Notes under the pieces: generated by a model
Database searches by the model: none
Seen by the model: only the letters and a program-made list of their open reading frames with translations
Told to the model about the DNA's origin: nothing
Assembly: GCA_963675525.2 (NCBI GenBank)
Contig: CAXXSL010000005.1
Location: 98,407-162,406, forward strand
Source: Anaerohalosphaeraceae bacterium
Lineage (GTDB): Bacteria; Planctomycetota; Phycisphaerae; Sedimentisphaerales; Anaerohalosphaeraceae
Reading direction: 5' to 3'
Length of the DNA: 64,000 bases
Position numbers and translations under genes: made by a program
Part shown: positions 53,601 through 64,000 of the stretch, piece after piece
Layout of the letters: each line of letters starts with the position of its first letter
How positions within the stretch are numbered: the stretch's first letter is position 1

Positions 53601-56600
53601 GAAACCTTAACCGGCACGATTGTCGGCGGGGCGGCGGATCATGTTCTTTGGGAAAAAGTTTCCGGCCCTGATGGACTTGCAATTTCATCGCCGGATGCGC
53701 TACAAACTTCGGCGGTGTTTACCATGGCAGGTTATTATACGCTCCGTTTGTCGGCCTATGATGAGTTCGATACATTAATCGGCTCCGATGAGGTGGCAAT
53801 CACGGTGTACCCGTCCAGTCTCTTCGTGGAAGCCGGTTCCGATCAGGAAGCACAACTGAATACCGCCGGAACTGCCCAGGCCGTTCTGGACGATGCCTGG
53901 TATATCTCCAGCGCCTCCGGTATCGATGCAATCGAATATTGGGAGCTTGTCGATAACAACAAGCCCGTCGATTTCACCGTGAATGCACGGGGCATTTGGA
54001 CTGCAACCTTCTCTCAGACTGGCGTTTATGTGTTGGCTTATGTTGTGACGGAGGATGGGGGACAAACCGAGATGGATACGCTGACCGTTAGTGTGTGGTC
54101 CGATGAGATTCCCCTGACAGTCAGTGCCGGGCAGGACTTGTATGAGGTTCTGGACAACGGCACGGCGACCGTTCAAACCGAACAGGCGTTTGTATATCCG
54201 GACGACAATGTCACGATCCAGTGGTATGACCAAAACAATGATCCGATTTCCGGAGCGACATCGGGCGATGCGGCGTTTACTTTATCTCAGTCCGAAGTCT
54301 ATGAATATACACTAAAGGCGACGCGCGGCAGCGAGACAGTAGAAGATAAGGTTACAATCACCATTTTCCCGCAGCTTGCGGAGGAGGACCTTATTATCCT
54401 GACGGGTGAATACGAACCGGTTCTGGCGGGAGAACCGTTTGTACTGGATGGTGCGTTCGTCTCGTACGGCGGCAGCGGGATCCTGACATGCAGGTGGTCG
54501 TCCAACGATGAGTCAGGCGTTACGTTTAATTGCTCAGACGACGGTGGTATAACTTCCACTGCTTTAAAGCCGACTGTGGAATTTTTGGAAGGCGTGGAAA
54601 AGACGTATACGCTGACCTTGACAGTTTACAATGACCTTGTGGAAATCGGGTCAGCCAGTGTGTCCATCAGAGCTGTTACAGAGACGACGGAAACACCGCA
54701 GGACACGGTATCGCCGGTGATTATATTGACGTCGTCTCTTCTGGATGATTACGGAAACGCATTTGCTCTGCCTGAAACGGCAATTAAAACAGGAACCGTG
54801 TTGCTGGAAATCTATTTGCTGGACGCTCTCAGTGGGTTGGATACGGTCACTGTGGAAGATACTTTGAATGGCACAACAACAACGTAAAAGTCTATGATTT
54901 CTCCCAGACAAATCCGAAGTATCCGGCGCAGGTTCAAATCCCCTGTTATCTGGATGTGCTGGAACTGTCGCCGGGCGTTCATGAAATTACAGTTACGGCT
55001 ATTGATAAGGCGGATAACGAAAGCATCGATAACACGGTTACTTTTACGGTGGAAAGGGAGGTGCCGAATGAAACCAGTATGCCGTATGCGGCCATCAGCA
55101 ATCTTGACACAACAACACAGGAATACGCTAATCTTGGAAGACAGGAAAAGCTGCCTGAGATCACTGAGGGATTGTACTCGATAGAGGGTCTCGCGTGCCA
55201 TCCGGATCCTAACCAGCAGCAAGTACAGTTTAAGTTTGAGTTATACGATCCGGCGGTCTTAGCCTATCCGCAATTGAATGAGTGGTGCATGCTTGACGGC
55301 AAAAATCCGCCTAATCCGGATTACTTTGTGCAGCGATTGACCGTGTATGATGCAGTAACCCGATGCAAATGCGGTGGGGTATTATGCAGGTCCGGTTGGG
55401 AGCGTGGATCCAAATGCGGTTGCGGGTACGTTTGGTGAACTTGACCCTGACGGGCGTCAACAACGGTGTCTTTGCACTGCTCCTGACCGTTCGTTCGCGA
55501 CCGAATGACCAAACTGCTTACAAATATTCGTATGCGGTTCAACAATTCGTCCTGAACTGCCCGCTCAAGATCGGCAATGTTAAATTCTCGCAGGAGGATG
55601 TTGTTATTTCTGTCGGTGGGGTGCCGCTGCGTGTCATCCGTACCTATGACAGTTTCGAAAAAGACAAAGCAGGCGATTTCGGCTTTGGCTGGAGCTATTC
55701 TATTGCCGATATGGATATTCAGCTTCACGAACAGCGAAGCGACATGGCGACATTTATGGACGGCTATTTACGCCCGTATGATACCAAATCGGTTCGCACC
55801 GGGTCGAATTACGACCGCAATGTCAGCCTGACGCTACCCGACGGCAATCGTGCAACATTTTTATTCTATCTCGAGTATAACGATGGCAGTCTCTACAATG
55901 CTGAGATGCCTTTCTATATCGGCAGATACCAATCTCCCGAGGGCGTTACGTCTAGGCTGGAAACGCTTGAAGAAGAACACCTGAGCATGATGAATACATG
56001 GTCAGGGCAGGAAACCGCCAGCGGAATGAGCGGCACAGGTGAATATTCCGATCCGGGTCACTATGAATTCAGTGGCTACAAACTGACCACAGACGACGGC
56101 ACAACCTATATCTTTAGTCGCCGGGACAAAGGCGGAGAACTCTACGGCGACGAGGCTGTTTATATCGAGCCTAAAGGACCGCTGTATCTGTCCCAGATTA
56201 ATACATCGATCGGTGAAACGATTGACCTGAATGTGGATGAAAACACCCTGAAAATCGGGCAGGCCAATGGCCATGCGGGCGTTGAGCATGAAATCAATAA
56301 CACCCTCACCAAGGCTGTTAAGATCGATTATGACGCAGCCGGCCGGATCAAGAATATCTTGGCGCCGACGGAGCAGGGCGGCGGTATTCCGACGATTTGT
56401 TATGAATACGATTCCGCGGGCAATCTCTGGAAGGTTCGCAAGCTGACCGACAGGGCCGCCGCAGATCCCAATGTTGTTGCAGATCCCAATCAAGCCTATG
56501 AAACGTTCACCTATGAGTATGAAGATACAGACCATGTCCCGTCCGAACACTATATTACTGCGATTATGGACCCGCGGGGCATTCAGCCGATTCGCTATGA

Positions 56601-59600
56601 ATATGACGACGCCGGTAGGCTCATCGCTACCATTGACGCCAAAGACAACCGCATTACCATTGACCACGATCCCGCCGGCCGTAAGGAGACGGTCTATGAA
56701 CGCGCAGACAACAATAAGCTCAACCCGACGGTATACATGTACAATGAACGCGGGAATGTGACACATGTGATCAAGTATCTAAACAATGTCGAAGAAACCA
56801 GAACGGTCTATGCCTATGCCGATCTGAACAATCCCGACAAGCCGACCTCGGTGACGCAGCAGGTACCCGATCCGAATTCGGTGAATTATCCCGATGATCT
56901 GATCGACGTCGTAACGAGGTATGCTTATGTAAATTATGCCGATGGCGACAATCCGATCAAGAATAAGATCGCCTGTGAAACCGTGATCGACCCGGTCGGC
57001 AACCTTACCAAAACATCTTACGACGAGGAGGGGAAAGTTACCGCGGTCGTTCAGGGCAAGAACGCGCAGGATGTTGACACCTATACCGAGCTGACCACCT
57101 CACGCAATTACTACACCGACCGAAACCTGCCGTATCTGACCGGTGTCACAACCGGCGAGCCGAACGAGCTGACATGGCATACGATCAGCCTGACGTATTA
57201 TGACACCCAAAATCGCCTGACGCACAGCGTGCAAATCGATACGGAAGTGCTGTCCTACGATGAATTGTTCTCCGGTGGCGAACTGATAGACGCCGACCAG
57301 ATTGACCCCGCCATCCACCCGATGACCTGCTACATCTACGATCCGAACGTCAGCGATTCCCCCGACCAACCGTCCGGCATCATCGATACCTCGGGGCAAA
57401 CGCAGTACTTTCGGTATAAACGCCAACAATCAGCAAATCGAAAGCTGGATCCACTGGATAGATCCGGCCGGGGTCGAATCGGACAAATACATCTTTTCGA
57501 TTCCGACAATGGACGACCAGGGTCGTGTCATCGAATCCCGCCAGATCGTTGCGGCGGACGAAAACCGCCAGACCGTTCTCAGCGATGTGCCGCAAAGCTA
57601 TACGCACTACGGCAGTACCGGTCGTGCGGATTGGACGCTGGACTACACATCGGACACGCTGACTCAGTATTTGACCGATGAAACCGGTCAGACGGTCGAG
57701 ATACTGACGTGGCAGGTGGCGTTCACCGATCCGTGCGACAAAAGCGCCGATTCCTTCACGGCCGTTGCGCTGCTGACCGCCTCGCGCACGCTGTACGACG
57801 CCGAAGGCAGGGCGGTCGTCTCGGTCGGGCCGTACGAATGTGACGTTTGCGGCGACCCCGTCGGTTCGCCGGTGGGAACCGAGACGGTCTATGATGCGCT
57901 GGGCCGGGTGGAGGAGACCCCGCCGCTGGGCCAATGTGCGCATCCAGACCCAAGATATCGTTGTCACCGGTCAGACCGTGGGACTGACGGCCACAGGTTG
58001 GACGACCAACAGTACCCAGCCGGACGTCGAAAGCGACAATCTGTTATCCTACAGTCGCACCGAATACGACCCCGCCGGACGGGTCTGGAAAACCTACATC
58101 CAAAACGACGCCGGCAACGAAATCTGCACCAGCGAGTACGTTTACGACATCGCGGGCCGCCAGATCAAAACGATCTCCCTCCCCGGTATGCCCGACGAAA
58201 CAATCGCCGAAACTCACTACGACGGCAACCGCCGGGATTACGTAACGGATGCGCAGAACAACACAACAAGCTTCACTTACGACGACCTCGGGCGTGTGAT
58301 TACCACCATCTATCCGCCAAGTGACTATGTCAATGAGAGCGGCGTGTCGGTTGCCGATGCTAATACATACACGCATGTTGCCTATGACGGCCTTGGCCGC
58401 AAGCAATACGAAATGTCCGGCGTCTCCTTCGATGATATGCCCGCCGTCGAGACGGATTCATTCAAGGACAACGCCAAAGAATATGTCTACAATGTCAGCG
58501 GCGCACTCAGTCGCGTCGTTCTGCCGCAGGTAAAGGATCCGTCCGACAGCCAGTGGAAGCATCCGTATTACGGCTATCTCTATGACGACTACGGCAACAT
58601 GATCGGTATCATCGACGCAAAAGATTGCCTGACCGTCTTTGAATACGACCACTTCAATCGTCAGCGGTTCAAGTATATGCCGTTCAAGATTACTCCGGCC
58701 GAGCACGCCGACTTACTCGATGCTGATACGGATGTTTATACGCTGGCGACTACCACATTACCGCGGTACGAGGAAAAGGTGTATGACGATGCCAACTTCG
58801 GGCGTCTGCTGTATGAAATGGACTATAAACAGCAGGTCGTCGAATACGCCTATGATACTCGTGGTCGCCTTGAGTATAAATATTATTACGAGGCCGACGG
58901 CGATCTGGATGGCGATAACGAAAATTACTTATCGAGCAGCTATGCTGAATACACGCGCTACACCTACGACTCGCTCGGCCGGCGGGATGCGGTTTATAAA
59001 GACGGCGAAATCCAGCAGGACTATGACTACGACGATGAAGGCAATCTGCAGGAAATCACTACGCCGCAGGGCACTGTGACATATGACTATAATCCCATCA
59101 CGGGACAAAAAGAAGCGACCCACGGCAATACGATTTCCACCACCTACGCCTACGACGACCTAGGCCGTCTTGCCGGCGTCAACGGCTCAACGCAATATAC
59201 CTACACCGCCGTTGGAAGCCGGGCGTCTGTCACGCTGCCGAATGGTGTTTATACGTGGTACAATTATAATGCGCTGAATCGACTGACAACGTTTAAAACA
59301 CTTCGATCAAGTCGTAAGTAACCCGGCAACAAATACCACAAACCGTATCAGCAGTTATGACTACTCCCTCAAGGCTAACGGCATGCGTTTCGGCTTGGAT
59401 GAAGTTCTTAATCAAAACCACTATATCGATTATACGTATGATAATCTGAATCGTCTGACCGATGAGGAAAACTATAACAGCAGTTCCGAAGGCTATGAAT
59501 CGCACTATACCTACGACCTGGCGGGCAATCGCACGCGGCGCATTGTCACGGCCAATAATCAGACGCTGACGACGGACTATATCTATCATGCCGATACCGA

Positions 59601-61414
59601 CCGATTATTGACCGAAACCAATACCGGACCCGTGGCGGCGATTCCGTATGGTGATAATCAACGGATCTACGCCTATGCGAATGCTCCCGATGGCGTCATT
59701 ACCTATCAACTGCCGGACAGCGATACGCGCATCGGTCAGTTCAGTGCCTTGTTCCACGGTCTGCCGAGCGTCTGGAATGCGGCGCTGTTCTATGCGGCCA
59801 TGATATTGATTCCCGTTACCTTCTTCTGGCCGGTCTTTGTACGCCAATGGTCCCGACTGCGCGGCAGTATCGATTCGTTGGCTTCGCTCGACCTGCGGCT
59901 CTGGCATCGGTGTCTGTGCGTCCTGCTGGCGTATATTTTCCTCGTCGGGCCGGAACTGTTCCATACCCTCTCACAGGCGGCGGTTCAGCACGGACAAATA
60001 TCCACGCTTGCATGGGGCAAGGGAAATACTATAATAGAGTACGGCTACGATTTCAATGGCTCTTTGACAAGTAAAACCACCACCCAAGGCAGCCAGACGC
60101 AGGAAACCGTTGTCTATACGTACAATCTGCAGAACCGGCTGGAGACGGTTACCACGACGCCGTATATTGACGGCAGTCCCGAACCATCGACCGTAACCGC
60201 ATACACCTACGACCCCTCCGGCATCCGAACCAGCAAGACTGTCGATGATACGGTCCGCACCGATTATATCATCGACCCGGCCAACCACACGGGCTATGCA
60301 CAGGTCTTGGAGGAATGGACGACCGACATCACCAACCCGCCGAGCCGGTGCTCCAGTCCACCGTTTATTATACCCTTGGCGACGACGTGATCGCCCAGAC
60401 CCGCGCCGAAGATATCAGCGGCACATGGACGGTCCACGATACTGAATACCTCTCTACGACGGCCACGGCAGCACACGGCAGCTTATCAATCATGCCTTTA
60501 TCGATGTTGGCGGTGGTGTTTTTGAGCCGGATATTGTCGATTCCTACTCCTACGATGGTTACGGCGTGATGCTAAGCAGCGACAGCGGGGCGGATGCGGC
60601 GGCCAGTGCCGACACCAGCCTGCTCTATTCCGGCGAACAATACGACGGCGCATCAGATCAATACTACCTCCGTGCCCGCTATTACAACCCCGCCAGCGGC
60701 ACCTTCAATCGCACCGATCCCTACGCCGGAAATACCCAAGACCCGCAGTCTCTGCACAAATACGCCTACGTGCACAACAACCCAATTAATGCAATTGATC
60801 CTTTGGGTAAAATGAGCCTTATTGAAGTTACTGGAACTCTTGCCCAAATCGGTCGAGCTATTATAAAGTATTATCCCATACTCAAATATGGCCTTGCCTT
60901 TGCTGATGTTCTGTCTGTAATCAATATTATTTTAAAGGCGATAACTCAAGGTATATCTTCGGTTACGATAGGTGAATGGACCGAATTCGCATTAATCACA
61001 GGCACAGCTTTCCTTGGAGGTAAAGTTGCGCGAAGGATAGCGAAGTCTATGATAATGAGAGCTTTGGAAATACCTGCGAGAGCATTAGGATCTTTCAAGA
61101 TATTAAGAAGATTCATTCAATCAAAAGGTGTTTTGGTGTTTGTTGAAAACTTTGTTAAGTATAATGACTATGGAGAGCGAGTATTGGGTAGATTTAGGTT
61201 ATTAGGTGGAGAAGATACATCAAGGCCTGTTATATACTTGTATAAAGGAGGGGAGAAAGTTTCAGTTCTTATTCATGAATTTGTTCATTACCGTCAATGG
61301 AAACGTTTCGTTGGTGGGACAGATTATGATTGGAGGAATTTCTCAAGCATAAAAAATGTAAGAAAGAATTTTGAGGCTATTGCTTATTTTGTTGGCGATG
61401 TATTTTCAAAATAA
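44621..61414 (+). CDS. Giant Rhs/YD-repeat polymorphic toxin (~5,600 aa; about eight indel breaks)
   Basis: Joined ORFs give: signal peptide, PKD, beta-helix with two LamG, second beta-helix, cadherin-like Ig, PKD-like repeats, IgGFc-binding-like region, DUF11-like domain, third beta-helix, YD repeats, core YYLRARYYNP...YAYVHNNPINAIDPLG, then an HExxH tip. Confidence 0.85.
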
Positions 61415-61448
61415 TTCTTTGTATGCCTATTTATATAAGGAGTATTCT

Positions 61449-61891
61449 ATGGGCAAATTGATGCAATATCCACACATACTGGTTATAGAGGATGTATATA
61501 AGCGCTGGTTGGGTTATCAATCGAGAGGATTATTGCAAAAAATTATCAGGCTTGGGCAAATAAAACCCCAAGCGATTGATATTTATCTGAAAGAATGTTA
61601 TGACAAAAGAAGAGGTGACTGCACTGGAAAGTTATAAAAAGATGGAGATTTGATAATCGGGGTCTTTGCCTTTTATCAGAAGAGGACGGCGTTGTTGAAG
61701 AAAAAGTTGTTGAAATGTGTTCATATTGTATTGATATTCAGCTAAAGCAGTTGCTGGTTGTATGGACGAATATATTATCAAGCGCATCTTCGCGTAAAAA
61801 TATTTATCACTTTCAGGATAGTACGCTTTACGAAATGTTTGAAAACGATGGGTTTGCTGATTTTAAGATTATTGAAACTTGGATAGAATAA
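61449..61891 (+). CDS. Putative cognate immunity protein (frameshift near 61635)
   Basis: AAGGAG RBS; AT-rich and directly after the toxin tip. MGKLMQYPH... continues as KRWRFDNRG...ETWIE*. Confidence 0.55.
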
Positions 61892-62116
61892 TGTTTTCTA
61901 ATTTTTTATGATTCTTTGAATATCGCATAGAACTTTGAAATATCATATAATCAAAGCTTCAGCGGATCGCCGGATCAGCCATACAGCATCACCGATGCCC
62001 ATTTCAGCATAAATTTGAGCCGAGTGGGATTGCCAAGGGCATGGAATATTATGCGTTTGTTCCGTTACCCTATAAGGCAACACGTATGGACTAAAAATAT
62101 TTAAGGAATTGATTAG

Positions 62117-63322
62117 ATGTATATCTCTGCTTATGATTTGCGGGAAGATATTAAAGATTTTGATACTTCCAAGAATTTTTATTTCTGGAAAAAGATGCTG
62201 CAAAAACTGTTTGACTTGCCTGAACAGTCAATTTATGAGTGGGCCACTCGCCTTCGCGAGGAATTAGAGAAATTACTTGCAGACGATCCGAATCATTCAG
62301 AACGCGATCATCCAATCGATGCGATCATGCATTTGATAGTACCCCGGGACCTTTAAAAAAAAGGACTTTCAAATATTACCCTTTCATGAAAGTAATTATA
62401 GAGCAGATTATTGCATTGGGACACTTCGATGATATCAATTATGATTACGATGCCGCAAAACAAATGGTCATGGCTGAACTAAAGAAACATAATGCCGAAC
62501 TTCCGAAATCAATAAAGACAATCTGGTTACCAGAAAAGAGTGGCATAAGTTACTTTCTGAGGAAATGCTGTCTCAGTACATTCCTTTCTGGAAGGCATTT
62601 TTTCGAGAGATTTTTGGCGCCCTGGAACGAACTGGTCGCCTTTTGTCTTTGCGGTATCAAATCACATGGAAAGCGGAAGTATATTGGCTTACGAAGATGG
62701 TCCTGCTTATTATATTATGGATTTAACTATTCCGGACGAGTTAGTCTATCAATTGGATGTTGACTGGTTCGCATTTCGTGAGAGATTATTTGAGATTATT
62801 GACGATGGAGGCAACTGCAGAACATCGAATTATGATTTCCCCAATATCAAAAACCGCCTGACGGATTTCTATTCTGAATATGGTGCAAAGATCAATCGTC
62901 CCTTTCCTCTTCCGGACGAAACATATGGTATGATTAAACATTGTGCTCCTTTCGTTTTTCGATTTATGGCAAATTTGCTGGGTGAGGTCTTGGGATGGTC
63001 AAAGGAACAGGTTCTTAATAAGGCTAAGTCAACCTACAAAGAACTGCATGTTGAAATGCCGTATCCGGAACGCCAGATGCACCTCGAAATATTTTATCAG
63101 AACGCAGGTCCGAGTTGTACAGAAAGCATTTTGCTCAACGAAATATTTGGCTCCGAACTCCAGCGCTCAGCAAAAGCACATGAATTGTATTGCCTGATAG
63201 AAAAAGCAATAGCGGATGGCTCTCGAGAGAGAGGCAGGCCGGCATATGAGTCTGATTATGACTTTGTAAAAGTGGGTGAAAAAATTCGAAGTTTGATCGA
63301 GCAATATAAAGCAGATTGGTAG
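62117..63322 (+). CDS. Hypothetical three-repeat helical protein, putative immunity protein (frameshifted)
   Basis: ORFs 62117, 62239 and 62666 join; three units each end in a YD[YF]...K...[HY]xA-like motif. Confidence 0.55.
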
Positions 63323-63380
63323 TATATATTTGCACTACTAAGCATCTCTTGTGACAAGTAACGATATAGGCTAAAACGGT

Positions 63381-64000
63381 ATTACCTATCAACTGCCGGA
63401 CAGCGATACGCGCATCGGTCAGTTCAGTGCCTTGTTCCACGGTCTGCCGAGCGTTCTGGAATGCAGTGTTATTCTATGCGGCGATGCTATTGATTCCGAT
63501 AGCTTTCTTCTGGCCTGCATTCCGATTGTCATTCCCGCGAAAGCGGGAATCCAGCGAGTGCGAATTATCGCCCGACCTGCGGCTGTGGCACCGGATGCTG
63601 TGCGTGCTGCTGGCGTATATCTTCCTGGTCGGGCCGGAACTGTTCCATACGCTGTCACAGGCGGCGGTCCAGCACGGCCAAATATCTACGCTTGCATGGG
63701 GCAAGGGAAATACTATAATAAGCTACGGTTACGACGATAACGGCTCTTTGACAAGTAAAACCACCACGCAGGGCAGCCAGACGCAGGAAACCGTCGTCTA
63801 TACGTACAATCTGCAAAACCGCCTGTCGATGGTGACCACGACGCCGTATGTGGACAATGTGGCGCAAACCTCGACCGTGACCGCATACACCTACGACCCC
63901 TCCGGCATCCGAACATCCAAGACCGTCGATGACACATACCGAACCGATTACCTCATCGACCCGGCGAATCACACCGGTTATGCACAGGTCCTGGAGGAAT
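63381..64000 (+). repeat. Orphan Rhs module: diverged direct repeat of 59698-60316, truncated by the window end
   Basis: About 70 identical nt at the start, then mostly synonymous divergence. Frame is open from ATG 63484 to the end (...YGYDDNGSLTSK...HTGYAQVLEE). Confidence 0.9.
63528..63555 (+). repeat. GTC-tagged palindromic repeat inside coding sequence
   Basis: GTCATTCCCGCGAAAGCGGGAATCCAGC, 27/28 identical to 21103-21130. Confidence 0.9.

Noticed and set aside
44606..61414. Treating the Rhs ORF fragments as separate genes or as a true pseudogene
   Set aside because: Domains continue across the breaks in shifted frames, and similar indels affect pilB2, top6B and suhB, so sequencing error is more likely. 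This cannot be proven without reads.
61920..62110. Integron attC site between the immunity-like genes
   Set aside because: No convincing RYYYAAC...GTTRRRY pair with a complementary stem, and no integron integrase.
1..64000. Numerous antisense and alternate-frame ORFs in the track (e.g. 3081-3956, 4122-4934, 21993-22781, 56002-56766)
   Set aside because: They overlap well-supported genes and show no recognisable motifs; they are shadow ORFs.
1..64000. CRISPR array, rRNA, integrase or IS transposase
   Set aside because: No regularly spaced repeat-spacer pattern, rRNA-like sequence or recognisable recombinase/transposase motif was seen by eye.
59698..64000. Diversity-generating retroelement TR/VR pair
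   Set aside because: Differences between the two copies are not adenine-specific, are mostly synonymous, and no reverse transcriptase lies in the window.

Overview
Bacterial chromosomal window. Gene content and protein style suggest Planctomycetota (Phycisphaerae/Sedimentisphaerales-like); this is an inference, not a database result. Many genes carry small indels that look like long-read consensus errors. Layout: (1) 1-1133, AT-rich toxin/immunity-like cassettes bounded by short palindromes. (2) A DUF1573 lipoprotein and cinA. (3) An ~18 kb type IV pilus/T2SS-like cluster: two PilB, PilT, two PilC, seven prepilin-type proteins and a giant GspK/PilX-like protein. (4) A GIY-YIG gene between covarying inverted palindromes. 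(5) A housekeeping block: suhB-like, serA, topoisomerase VI subunit B without subunit A, NUDIX-like, glmM-like, CDF transporter, DUF2238 and a LigD phosphoesterase module. (6) A TPR/PEP-CTERM/SUMF1/Wza-like envelope locus. (7) tRNA-Ser(GCT). (8) A TPR gene and a ~5,600-aa signal-peptide-bearing Rhs polymorphic toxin with an HExxH tip, followed by immunity-like genes and an orphan Rhs module. The most interesting signals are three. First, a transmembrane hairpin or internal signal peptide is inserted in the Rhs shell exactly where the orphan module begins. Second, a D-P-N tripeptide is strongly enriched in several exported proteins. Third, a GIY-YIG-associated palindrome family has a copy read in frame inside the orphan Rhs module.
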